Shown piece after piece: positions 11,271 to 20,451 of a stretch of 64,000 nucleotides of DNA (position 1 is the first letter of the stretch; every line of letters begins with the position of its first letter). The position numbers and the translations under genes are program-made. The stretch is taken from positions 259,551 to 323,550 of the forward strand of contig JAJDEP010000014.1 in NCBI GenBank assembly GCA_029259715.1, given 5' to 3'. Below the pieces are notes generated by a model. That model made no database searches, was not told the DNA's origin, and saw only the letters and a program-made list of their open reading frames with translations. This DNA comes from Planctomycetota bacterium. GTDB lineage: Bacteria; Planctomycetota; B15-G4.

Positions 11271-12479
11271 ATGACGGCGAACGACGCCGGCCGGGTGGCC
11301 GTCTTCGGTCTCGATCGGCTCGGGACCTCGATGGCGACGCTGTTCGCGCTCAAGGGCGGCCACGTGGCGGCCTGGGATGTCGACACGGCCCTCTGCGCCC
11401 GGCTCGCCGACGGCCACAATCCCTGGCCCGACGAACCCGAGCTCACCGAGCGGCTGCAGGCCGCGCTGCGGCTGGGACGGCTCACCTTCGTCGACGCTCC
11501 CGACGCCGTGCGGGACTGCAAGACCTGGGTCATCTACACCCCCATCACCCTCGACGAGGACGACGTCCCCTGTCGCGCCGCGCTCGAACGCGACGTCCAT
11601 GCCGTCGGGAGGGCGCTGACCCCGGACCGGCTCGTGCTCTTCGCCGGGCTGCTGGGCCTGGGCGACACGCGGACGCTCGGCAGTCGCCTCGAGCAGGCCT
11701 CGGGGCTCCGGCCGGGCAAGGACTTCCGCCTGGGCTACTTGCCGCCGCGCGTCGCCGCCGGGCACGTCTTCGGGGACATCCTCTCGAGCGCGAAGTTCGT
11801 CTCCGGCATCGATGCGGCCTCCATGGAGGCGGCCACCATCTGCGCCGCGACCATGCTCGACACCATCGTGACGCCGCTGCAGACCTGCGAGGCCGCCGAA
11901 CTCACCCGACTCTGGGAGGGCGCGTCGTCGCTCCTCGGACAGGCGCTCGCGCTGGAGGCCGCGCACCTCGCCGAGGCCCACGGCATCGATGCGGCGGCGG
12001 CAGCCCGCTTCGCCAATTCGCAACCGGAGTTCCCGGTGGCCGCCCCCAGCCTGCTCGAGGCTCCCGGCGACGCCACCCTCGCCCTGGCCCTGCTCGGCGA
12101 GCATCCCGGCCTGCTGCTCCCGGCGGCGGCGCTCGCCGCTCGCCGCCGCAGCTACGCCGCCACGGCGGAGCAACTCGCCACCGCCCTCGACGGCTTGGAC
12201 GGTCGGCGGGTGACGGTCGTCGGCCGCAAGGGCGGCGCCGGTGCGGGCGCGCGCATCGCGTCGGCGTTCCTCGGGGCCCTGCGCCGCGCCGGCGCGCAGA
12301 TCGTCGCGACCGACGCGCCGGATGCGTCGGGATGCGACGCCGTCATCGTCGGTCATGACGGGGCCGACTTCGACGAGCCGCCCCTCTCGACCTGCCGCGC
12401 CGTGGTGGACGCCGCGAACCTGTTGCACCCCGAGCACGTCCGTGCCCGCGGCCTGGCCTACGTCGGCGTCGGCCGCTGA
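11271..12479 (+). CDS. UDP-glucose/GDP-mannose dehydrogenase-family protein (WecC-like, divergent)
   Basis: N-terminal NAD-binding RVAVFGLDRLG. Central helical dimerisation-region similarity to nucleotide-sugar dehydrogenases. The canonical catalytic GGxC motif is not recognisable. Start at the internal ATG (MTANDAG). Confidence 0.5.
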   Translation: MTANDAGRVAVFGLDRLGTSMATLFALKGGHVAAWDVDTALCARLADGHNPWPDEPELTERLQAALRLGRLTFVDAPDAVRDCKTWVIYTPITLDEDDVPCRAALERDVHAVGRALTPDRLVLFAGLLGLGDTRTLGSRLEQASGLRPGKDFRLGYLPPRVAAGHVFGDILSSAKFVSGIDAASMEAATICAATMLDTIVTPLQTCEAAELTRLWEGASSLLGQALALEAAHLAEAHGIDAAAAARFANSQPEFPVAAPSLLEAPGDATLALALLGEHPGLLLPAAALAARRRSYAATAEQLATALDGLDGRRVTVVGRKGGAGAGARIASAFLGALRRAGAQIVATDAPDASGCDAVIVGHDGADFDEPPLSTCRAVVDAANLLHPEHVRARGLAYVGVGR

Positions 12480-12521
12480 CGCGGACGCCACGCTCGGTTC
12501 ACGAGTGACGCCGCGGGCCGG

Positions 12522-13355
12522 TCAGGTGTACTGACCCAACGCCGGATGCTCGCCGAGCAGTCGGCGCTGCCGGGCGTTCAGCCCGTCCCGGATCACCGAC
12601 GGCACGTGCTGGTTGGGGAAGGGGCCCAACCGGGGCGCGATGAAGCGTGCGCCGTAGTGCACCTGCGCCACGCAGCGCGGCTCCGCGCCCTCATGCGGCA
12701 GCGCGTGATGCCAGACCTGGTTGTGGAACAGGATGCAATCGCCCACCTCCACCTGCAGGGCCAGCGGCCCGCGCCCGTCGTAGCGCGGCCCCGCGTCCCA
12801 GGGTTCGGGCCGTCTCCCGCTGCGCTGGCTGCCCGGCACCAACTCGGTCGGCCCGTCCTCCGGCCCCACCCGGGTCAGGTACACCATGGCCGTGACGAGG
12901 TAGACCGGGAACGGGATGCGGTCGTCCCACGGCACGTGCGCGGGGCGCGGCATGTAGAGGTTGTCGTCGATGTGCCATTGGTGGCCCGGGTCACCGGGGT
13001 CGGTGACGTTCACCGAGACGTTGATCAGGTGGCAGTCGCTCGTCGTCGGCGGCAGGTCCTCGTCGCCGGCCCCCTCCGGGCCGCCCGGTTTCACGCCCGG
13101 CTCGAACACGAGCAGTCGCTCGGCCATGTCGATCAGGGGCGTGCGGTCGATGAGCCCGAGCATCGAGCGCAGGTGCAGGTGCACGCCGGAGTGGAACCAG
13201 CGCGTCGTCCACGGCCACGGATGCGTCGAGCGCAGCGTCTCGACCTCACCCCGCAAGGCCCCGCTCTCCTCGGGCGACAGCACGCCCGGGATGTGCACGT
13301 AGCCGTCCCGCTGGAAGTCGGCCACGCAGCCGTCGAGGTCGAAGGGCGCGCTCAC
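12522..13355 (-). CDS. phytanoyl-CoA dioxygenase (PhyH)-family Fe(II)/2-oxoglutarate oxygenase
   Basis: HQWHIDD...H facial-triad context and PhyH-like length and composition. Confidence 0.65.
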   Translation of the reverse strand: MSAPFDLDGCVADFQRDGYVHIPGVLSPEESGALRGEVETLRSTHPWPWTTRWFHSGVHLHLRSMLGLIDRTPLIDMAERLLVFEPGVKPGGPEGAGDEDLPPTTSDCHLINVSVNVTDPGDPGHQWHIDDNLYMPRPAHVPWDDRIPFPVYLVTAMVYLTRVGPEDGPTELVPGSQRSGRRPEPWDAGPRYDGRGPLALQVEVGDCILFHNQVWHHALPHEGAEPRCVAQVHYGARFIAPRLGPFPNQHVPSVIRDGLNARQRRLLGEHPALGQYT

Positions 13356-13771
13356 GGCGACGATCCATCGCCTTGCAGGGCGTCCCGCACCACCTGCTCG
13401 ACGCTCTGACCCCAGGAGATCTCCAGGGTGTGACCGTCGGGATCACGCAGGAAGGCGTAGATGCCGACCTCGTCGCCCTCGGCCACGGGTTCGCCGATGA
13501 GCAGGCCCTGCGCGCGCGCGCGCTCGACGAGGGAGTCGAATTCCTCGCGACTCGCGCAGGCCACACCCAGGTGCGCCGGCGGCGCGAGCACCGTCGGCAC
13601 CACGTCCATCTCGATCAGCACTGCGACGAACGTGCGCCGGCCGTCGCCGATCCAGGCCTTGCCCTCGGCGCGCAGCACCGGCTTCAGCCCGCCGAACGCC
13701 GCATAGAAATCGATGCTCGCCGCGACATCACGGACCGGGAGCGCGATGTGGGAGAAGCCGAGGTCGGGCAT
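13352..13771 (-). CDS. VOC-family protein (glyoxalase/bleomycin-resistance fold)
   Basis: FSHIALPVRDVAASIDFY...DPDGHTLEI pattern. Its stop overlaps the PhyH start by 4 nt. Confidence 0.65.
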   Translation of the reverse strand: MPDLGFSHIALPVRDVAASIDFYAAFGGLKPVLRAEGKAWIGDGRRTFVAVLIEMDVVPTVLAPPAHLGVACASREEFDSLVERARAQGLLIGEPVAEGDEVGIYAFLRDPDGHTLEISWGQSVEQVVRDALQGDGSSP

Positions 13772-13833
13772 GGGTCGATCGTATCGCCTTGCGCGTTCAG
13801 GGATCAGCCAATGGACTCGAGCCCGTCGGTGGT

Positions 13834-16158
13834 TCAGCTCTCCAGGACGCCGCGCAAGGCGCCCAGCAATTCCTCGGTGCGGAACGGCTTCTGCAGGAAT
13901 GACGCCCGGGTCCAGCCCTCGATGCGGGACCCGATGTCGCGCTCGTCATAGCCGCTCATGAGCACGATGGGCACATCGTAACGGGTCGCCCGGAGACGCG
14001 CGAAGGCCTCCTCGCCCCGCAGGTTCGGCATGGTCAGGTCGAGGACCACCGCGGACACCTCGTCCGCACAAGAGGTGAAGGCCTCGATGCCGGCCAGACC
14101 GTCCGGTGCTTCGATCACCTCGAAGCCCGAGTCCTCGAGGGTGAGGCGCACGGCCTGTCGCACCGTCTCCTCATCATCGATGACGAGCACCGTGCCCACG
14201 TCCTTCGCCGGCGAACTCCCGGCGCCGAGTTCGCTGTTCGTCCACACGCGCCGCCGGCTGAGCGGGAAGAGCACGCGCACCGTGGTGCCTTCGCCCGGGG
14301 CGCTGATCACCTGCAGCGCACCCTGGTGGCCGCGCACGATGCCGCGCACCGCGGCCAGCCCGAGACCGCGCCCGGTGAATTTGGTCGTGAAGAACGGATC
14401 GAAGATGCGTGTGGCCGTCTTGTCGTCCATGCCCACGCCCTCGTCCCGCACCATCAGCACGGCATAGTCGCCCGGCGCCAGTTCGTCCCCGGCGGCCAGC
14501 TCGGAGAGCATGGCGTGATCGGCCTGCAAGGTGCCGGTCTCCACGAGCACCGACCCGCGGCCACCCTCGTAGGCTTCCGCGGCATTCGTCATCAGGTTCA
14601 TCACGATCTGCCGCAGCTGCGTGCCGTCACCCTCCACCGGGATCACCTCGGGACCCAGCTCCTCGTGCACCGTCACGTTCTTGCTGATCGAGGCGCGCAC
14701 CAGCCGTCCCATGTCGTGCACCAGGGCGGAGAGGTCGAGGGTCTCCACGACGAAGCGACCACGCCCCGAGAAGGCGAGCATCTGCTTGGTCAGGTCGGCC
14801 GCCTGCAGCGCCGCCCGCTCGATGTCGGCGAGCGTCGCCTGGGCCATGTTGCGCGGCGGCACCTGCCCCTTGGCCACACCGGCATTGGCCAGGATGCCCA
14901 CGAGCAGGTTGTTGAAGTCGTGGGCCACGCCGCCGGCGAGCACGCCGAGGCTCTCGAGCTTTTGCGACTCGTTCACGCGCTCGGCCACGCGCTGACGCTC
15001 CTCTTCGCTGCGCTTGCGCTCCGCCGCCTCCTTGCGCAGCTCGCCGTTGGCCTGCTCGAGGCGACGACGGGCCTCCGCGAGATCCAACGTCCGCGCCTGC
15101 ACTTCGCGCTCGATGCGCGCGTGGTTGCGCGTCACGGAGTGGACCGACGCCCCCAACAAGAGCGACGCGATCACCCCGCCTCCGAGGAGCAACCAGAAGC
15201 CCAACGCAGTGAAGGCGCTGGCCAGGGGTTCGCGCGGGCGGATCGTGGCCCGCCAGGTCCGCGGGCCCACGTCCAGCGTACGCTCGACGATGGGGCCCCG
15301 GTCGCCCGGCGGGGGCGGCTGGCCGTACAGGTCAGCCTCGGCCACCGGGGCGTCGAGATCCAGCAGGTGGACGTCGACATGATCCCGATCGGCATCCGGC
15401 AGCACCTTTGCCACCAGCGTTTGGAGGCGCACGGCCCCCAGAGCGAAACCAGCCAAGGCCTCGCGTCGGCCCTCCCGGTCTTCGATGTCGATGTCCCGGC
15501 GGTAGACCGGATGGGCCACGAGCAGGGCGTAGGAGTCGGCGGACTCCTGCACCAGCCGGAGGCGCGGCGACGTCGCCACGCGGCCGCTGTCCCGAGCCTG
15601 CTCGAGCATCCGACGTCGCACCGGATCGCTGGCGATGTCGTAGCCGATCGCCGGGAGGTTCGACGTCTTGGGGACCGCCTGCGCCACGGGGAAGTAGTCG
15701 GTCCGGTTCGCGGCCCGCATCAGCGTTCCGTCCGACGAGCGCTCGTTGACGCTGTAGCCGCCGTGCAGCCGCTGCATCTCGGCCTCGTGGGCGCCGCGCT
15801 CCTCGGCCCGCACCCGAGGCACCCACTCGAGGGCCTGGATCGCCGGGCTCCTGAGCTGCGCCGGGCCGGCGAATTCGAGAAACCGTGCGGCGTTGCCCTG
15901 CGCATCGACCTGCAGGAAGCGCGCGAGCGAGCGCACGACCTCCAGCTCCACGTCGATCTCCCGGCTCAACCCCTCGAGGATCATGAATCCGCGCCGCTCG
16001 AAGGTCGCGGTCTCGCGCGCGTCCCGGGCGCGCCAGTCATAGACGGACGCCACGGCCGTGGCGAGGAGGCCCAGGCCCACGGTCAGGACCACGAGCCACA
16101 CATTCCCACGTCGGGGCGTGCGGTCCTGTCCTGCGGCGTCGGCCTTCCCGTGCGTCAT
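13834..16158 (-). CDS. hybrid sensor histidine kinase / response regulator with periplasmic CHASE domain
   Basis: TM1 WLVVLTVGLGLL, a CHASE-like periplasmic region, TM2, a coiled coil, HisKA (GGVAHDFNNLL), HATPase_c (GVGMD, GRGLGLA), and a C-terminal REC (LVIDDEETV...DLTMP). Start at the internal ATG (MTHGKAD), preceded by a G-rich RBS. Confidence 0.85.
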   Translation of the reverse strand: MTHGKADAAGQDRTPRRGNVWLVVLTVGLGLLATAVASVYDWRARDARETATFERRGFMILEGLSREIDVELEVVRSLARFLQVDAQGNAARFLEFAGPAQLRSPAIQALEWVPRVRAEERGAHEAEMQRLHGGYSVNERSSDGTLMRAANRTDYFPVAQAVPKTSNLPAIGYDIASDPVRRRMLEQARDSGRVATSPRLRLVQESADSYALLVAHPVYRRDIDIEDREGRREALAGFALGAVRLQTLVAKVLPDADRDHVDVHLLDLDAPVAEADLYGQPPPPGDRGPIVERTLDVGPRTWRATIRPREPLASAFTALGFWLLLGGGVIASLLLGASVHSVTRNHARIEREVQARTLDLAEARRRLEQANGELRKEAAERKRSEEERQRVAERVNESQKLESLGVLAGGVAHDFNNLLVGILANAGVAKGQVPPRNMAQATLADIERAALQAADLTKQMLAFSGRGRFVVETLDLSALVHDMGRLVRASISKNVTVHEELGPEVIPVEGDGTQLRQIVMNLMTNAAEAYEGGRGSVLVETGTLQADHAMLSELAAGDELAPGDYAVLMVRDEGVGMDDKTATRIFDPFFTTKFTGRGLGLAAVRGIVRGHQGALQVISAPGEGTTVRVLFPLSRRRVWTNSELGAGSSPAKDVGTVLVIDDEETVRQAVRLTLEDSGFEVIEAPDGLAGIEAFTSCADEVSAVVLDLTMPNLRGEEAFARLRATRYDVPIVLMSGYDERDIGSRIEGWTRASFLQKPFRTEELLGALRGVLES

Positions 16159-16316
16159 CGCTTGCCCCCGGCTCCCCCGGTTCCGAGCCGGCGGTTTGAG
16201 CCCGGGTCGTCGCATCGACTTCGATGCAATCCGCAAGCACGAACCGCTCCCTCTACCCTAACGAGGTCGCCCGGATTCGGCCAAGGCGTCATCACCCTGT
16301 CGCCCCGACGCGCCGG

Positions 16317-16895
16317 CTAGGTCCCGGAATTCGGCGCCTGGGGCAACGCGCAGAAGGCACCTTCGCTGAATCCGGCCGAGCCGATGTCGAGGGCATGGTC
16401 GAAGCGCGCGCGGTAATTCTCCCACGCGATGCAGGAGGTGAGTTCCACGATCTGCCGCGCGTCGAAGTGCGTGCGCAGTTCGGCGAACAGCGCGTCCGAA
16501 ACCTCGACGGGCGTCGCCGTCATGGCGACGGTGTAGCGCAGCGCCGTCTTCTCGCGGTCATCGAAGGCGTCGCACGTCTCGAACTCAGCCAGCCCCTGCA
16601 GCTGCTCGTCAGTGACACCTTCCTGCCGGCTCACGGCCGACCCGATGTCGAGTCAGAACGGACACCCCACGAGCATGGCCGCCTTCACGTCGCACAACAG
16701 CTTGAGCCGGGCGTCGATGGTCGTGGCCGCCTCCTGGGCCATCTCCATGTGCGCGTAGCCGCGCAGCAGGCGTGGATGGTTCGCGGTCACGGCGATGGGC
16801 TCGAGCACCTGCCCCAGGCGCCGCTTGCACATGAAGTAGGCGATGCGAGCGAACGGGCTCGCCTTGTTCGCGGGGACACGTTCGATGCGTGACAT
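16317..16895 (-). CDS. AhpD-like / carboxymuconolactone decarboxylase-family protein with in-frame TGA (candidate selenocysteine) at the CxxC second Cys
   Basis: ORFs 16653..16952(-) and 16317..16634(-) are in the same frame and separated only by one TGA: ...MLVGCPF-TGA-LDIGSAVSRQEGV.... The position matches the NGCxxC(V/I)D motif of AhpD/CMD proteins. Both halves match one CMD domain. Confidence 0.55.
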
Positions 16896-16971
16896 GTCGG
16901 GCCTCCTCCGGTCGGTGTCGTGCGAGCACGCGGCGCGGGGTCGTGCGAGCACGCGGCACGGGGTCGTGCGG

Positions 16972-17757
16972 TCAGTCGTCCAGCGTGGCGATGACGGGCG
17001 CGTGGTCGGACGGTTTCTCCTGTCCGCGCTCCTCCTTGTCGACGACCACCCCCGTGCAGGCGGCGAGCGCGGGCTCGCTCATCAGGAAGTGGTCGATGCG
17101 CAGGCCGTGGTCGCGGGGGAAGCCGCGGGTGCGGAAATCCCACCAGGTGTAGTGCCCGCCGTCCTGCTCGAACTTGCGGAAGGCGTCGTGGAGGCCCGGC
17201 GCCATCATCGCAGCGAGGGCTTCGCGCTCAGGCTCGCTGCAGTGGATCTTGTCGCGCCAGCGGTCGGGGTCGTAGACGTCGCGGTCGTCGAACGTCACGT
17301 TGAAGTCGCCCGTGACCACCACCTTCTCGGTCACCGGGAACTGCCGCTCGATGAGGTCGGCCACGGCCGCCATCCAGCGCAACTTGTAGTCGTACTTCTC
17401 GTCGCCCACCTCCTTGCCGTTCACGACATAGAGGTTGAGCAGCATCACGTCGCCCACCGTGGCGCCGATGACCCGGGCCTCGTCCTTGAAGCCTTCGCCC
17501 TCGAGGCCATCGCCGACGATCCCTCGGTGGACAGACTCGATGGGCTGCTTGGCCAGGATCGCCACGCCGTTGTAGGTCTTCTGCCCGAAGGTCTCGACGT
17601 TGTAGCCCGCGCCTTCGATGTCATCGCGGGGGAACTGCTCGTCCTGGCACTTCAGCTCCTGCAGGCAGACCACGTCGGGCTGCGCGGTGGAGAGCCAGTC
17701 GAGCACCCGCGGCAGGCGCGCGCGGACGGAGTTCACGTTCCAGGTGGCGATGCGCAT
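16972..17757 (-). CDS. xth: exodeoxyribonuclease III
   Basis: MRIATWNVNS, CLQELK, DFN, SDHAP motifs. Start at the internal ATG. Confidence 0.9.
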   Translation of the reverse strand: MRIATWNVNSVRARLPRVLDWLSTAQPDVVCLQELKCQDEQFPRDDIEGAGYNVETFGQKTYNGVAILAKQPIESVHRGIVGDGLEGEGFKDEARVIGATVGDVMLLNLYVVNGKEVGDEKYDYKLRWMAAVADLIERQFPVTEKVVVTGDFNVTFDDRDVYDPDRWRDKIHCSEPEREALAAMMAPGLHDAFRKFEQDGGHYTWWDFRTRGFPRDHGLRIDHFLMSEPALAACTGVVVDKEERGQEKPSDHAPVIATLDD

Positions 17758-17857
17758 GGCGCGCAAGGATAGCGGCGCACCCCCGGCGAGGCCACGGCCG
17801 CCCCGCGGCCCGTCCGAAAACGGGCCCCCGCGACCTCGCCGGGGGAACACCTGACAT

Positions 17858-19570
17858 TCAAGGTTGGATGATCAGCAGGCCGTCCGTCCCCGCCCAACCG
17901 AAGGGCGCGACCGGGTCCTGGATCCAAGACTGCAGGTAGATCTTCTCGCCGAGCGGCAGGCCCGCCGGCCAGGTAGCCGGGATCACGATCGAGCCGGCGG
18001 CATCGGTGACGAGCAACACGATGTTCGCGGGCGGGTTCGCATCGGGCACCAGCGTGCCGCCGTTGAGCGGCGTCAGCGCCGCCGCACGTGAACCGATCAG
18101 GAAGGCGATGGCGCTGGGCCGCGCGTCCGTCAGCGCGAGCGAGACAGGGTCACCGCCCTGCAGGTCTCCCGTCGCCGTCAGCACCGGAAGGCCGACCGTC
18201 CCGGCGACGCCGGCCGGGATGCGCTTGAAGCGCGCTCCGGCGAACCTGACCACATAGGCGTAGCCGTTGCCGTCCGCGTTGGCGCCCACGATGAAGTCGG
18301 CCTGGCAGTCCCCGTCGATGTCACCCAGGCAGGAGAGCCCGGAGCCGAAGTGGTCGCTGGCCGTCACGGCCGTGCCCAGTCCTGCCGCGAACCCCGGCAG
18401 CTTGGAGGCCCCGTTCAGTGTTCCGTCGGTCTTCAGGCGCAGCAGATACAGGGCCCCCCGGTTGGTCCCGCCGTCGTCGTCGAGGGCCGCGCTGACCAGC
18501 AACTCCGTGACGCCGTCGCCGTCCACGTCACCCATCGCCGCCAGTGACCCGCCGAAGTTGTCGAAGTTGTCGAGATTCCAGGTGAAGCCGCCCACGTTCT
18601 CCGTGATGCGGGTATGGGTGCGCACCGTGCCGTCGGCGTTGAGGAACAGGATCCACACACCGCCGACCGAACCGCCCGACGGCTCGTCCATCGAGATGCC
18701 GCCCACGGCCAGATCGACCACGCCGTCGCCGTCGAGATCCCCGATGTTCTCGACGGCGAAGCCGAACCGATCGCTCTGGGCGACGTCGGTCGTCGCCAGT
18801 CCCCCGGAGCCCGAGCCGATCTTCGAGCGGGCCTTCACCGTCCCGTCGGCGTTCAACAGCAGGATCCAGACCGCACCGGTGAAAGGCGCCCCGTCGAAGT
18901 CCGAGCTGGCGCCCACGGCGATGTCCATCACGCCGTCGCCATCGAGGTCGCCCAGCGGGCTGATGTCGGAGCCGAAGTTGTCGTTGCTCTTCAACGCCCC
19001 GCCCATGCCCGAGGCGTCGCTGATGCGGGCGTGGCCCTTCACGCTGCCGTCGGCGTTGAGGAACAGGATCCAGACGGCGCCGGCGTCGCTGCCGCCCTCG
19101 TCGTCGTTGTCGGCACCGACGGCCAGGTCGGGGATGCCGTCCCCGTCGAGGTCCCCGAGGTCGCCGAGACCGTGTCCGAACTTGTCTCCCTCGGCGAGGG
19201 CGCCCGTGAATCCGCCCAGGCCATCACCGATCTCGGTCGTGGCCTTTACGGTCCCGTCGGCGTTCAGGTGCAGGATCCACACGGAACCGGTCCCGTTGTT
19301 GCCGACGGCGTCGTTGTTGCGGAACTGGCCCACCGCGACGTCGACCACGCCGTCACCATCGAGGTCGCCGATCCTGGTGGCGGAGGTCCCGAACTGCTCG
19401 CCACTCAGGATCGTTCCCCCGAAGCCACCCTGGGAGTTTCCGATCTTCTGGTGGTCGAGCACGGTCCCAGGCACTTGAGCGGCCCCCGCCGGGGCGAGCC
19501 ACGCGACGGACGCAACCGCCGAAAGCGTGAGAGCGGCGAGACGAGCATGAGCGGGATGACGTGACGACAT
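17858..19570 (-). CDS. secreted FG-GAP repeat (integrin-alpha-like beta-propeller) protein
   Basis: Signal peptide. At least 7 repeats of GDLDGDGVxDxAVG / VWILxLNADGTV. GGAGG RBS upstream. Confidence 0.8.
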   Translation of the reverse strand: MSSRHPAHARLAALTLSAVASVAWLAPAGAAQVPGTVLDHQKIGNSQGGFGGTILSGEQFGTSATRIGDLDGDGVVDVAVGQFRNNDAVGNNGTGSVWILHLNADGTVKATTEIGDGLGGFTGALAEGDKFGHGLGDLGDLDGDGIPDLAVGADNDDEGGSDAGAVWILFLNADGSVKGHARISDASGMGGALKSNDNFGSDISPLGDLDGDGVMDIAVGASSDFDGAPFTGAVWILLLNADGTVKARSKIGSGSGGLATTDVAQSDRFGFAVENIGDLDGDGVVDLAVGGISMDEPSGGSVGGVWILFLNADGTVRTHTRITENVGGFTWNLDNFDNFGGSLAAMGDVDGDGVTELLVSAALDDDGGTNRGALYLLRLKTDGTLNGASKLPGFAAGLGTAVTASDHFGSGLSCLGDIDGDCQADFIVGANADGNGYAYVVRFAGARFKRIPAGVAGTVGLPVLTATGDLQGGDPVSLALTDARPSAIAFLIGSRAAALTPLNGGTLVPDANPPANIVLLVTDAAGSIVIPATWPAGLPLGEKIYLQSWIQDPVAPFGWAGTDGLLIIQP

Positions 19571-19851
19571 GGTGAGACTCCTCCGCCCCGGGAACTTGGA
19601 GCTGTAGGAGTAGGCGTGGGAACCCCGCCGCCTCCCCGGAGGAAACCACGATCCTCCCGGTCACGCAGGCGACGTACTTCGAATCGGGTCGCCCCGTCGG
19701 CGGGGCGCCCCGACGGCGTGTCGGCGTCGCCATCCCTCGATCGCAACTGCATTTGCCGGTAACAGCAGGTCCGGTGAGAATGAACGTCGGGCGGCCCGGT
19801 GACCGCTCCCTCGGGAGATCGCCACGCCCGCCTCCACCGCCGATGAGATCC

Positions 19852-20451
19852 ATGGACCACCCGCCCCACGACGCCCCGCCCCCGGACGACGGCACACCGG
19901 ACGCCGCGCCGGGCGACCGCCCCGACCCCACCCTCGGCGAACACCCCGAGGCGGGCCAACTGCTGCCCCTCGTGTACGACGAGCTGCGGGCCGTAGCGGC
20001 CGACCATCTGCGCCGGGAGCGCGTCGACCACACGCTGCAACCCACCGCGCTCGTGCACGAGGCCTACTTGCGTCTGGCACGGCTCGATCGCATCCAGTGG
20101 AAGGACAAGACCCACTTCTTCGTGGCCGGCGCGGGCGCCATCCGGCGGGTGCTCGTGGACCACGCCCGCGGCAAGGGCGCGGCCAAGCGCGGCGGCGGCG
20201 CCCGGCGCATCACCCTCGGCGCCGTCCCCGGCGTGGAGGCGAACCACGAGGTCGACCTGATCGCCCTCGACGAGGCCCTCGGCAAGCTGGCCGGGCTCGA
20301 CCAACGCAAGGCCCGCATCGTCGAGCTGCGCTACTTCGGCGGCCTGACCATCGCAGAGACCGCGCGGGCCCTCGGCGTGGGCACCACCACCGTCGAGGAC
20401 GACTGGGTCTTCGCCCGGAGCTGGCTGCGGCGCGAGCTGGGCGAACGATGA
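19852..20451 (+). CDS. ECF-type RNA polymerase sigma factor of the Ser/Thr-kinase-associated subgroup (TIGR02999/ECF43-like)
   Basis: Sigma region 2 (LLPLVYDELRAVAADHLRRE...ALVHEAYLRL) and region 4 HTH (RIVELRYFGGLTIAETARALGVGTTTVEDDW). Its stop overlaps the kinase ATG (ATGA). The start may instead be the ATG at 19843. Confidence 0.75.
   Translation: MDHPPHDAPPPDDGTPDAAPGDRPDPTLGEHPEAGQLLPLVYDELRAVAADHLRRERVDHTLQPTALVHEAYLRLARLDRIQWKDKTHFFVAGAGAIRRVLVDHARGKGAAKRGGGARRITLGAVPGVEANHEVDLIALDEALGKLAGLDQRKARIVELRYFGGLTIAETARALGVGTTTVEDDWVFARSWLRRELGER

Noticed and set aside
14326-16320. 664-aa + strand ORF
   Set aside because: Antisense to the CHASE hybrid histidine kinase. Arg/His/Gly-rich.
19591-19620. 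ECF-like promoter motif GGAAC-N17-GCGTG upstream of the ECF sigma gene
   Set aside because: Spotted by eye only. In 70% GC DNA such matches arise by chance. It also overlaps the RBS region of the divergent FG-GAP gene. It would need TSS mapping.
20097-20447. ORF-track 5' extension of the STK-TPR kinase gene (start at 20097)
   Set aside because: The extension is Arg-rich low-complexity and overlaps the sigma factor gene. The conserved N-terminus begins at the ATG at 20448, which overlaps the sigma stop.
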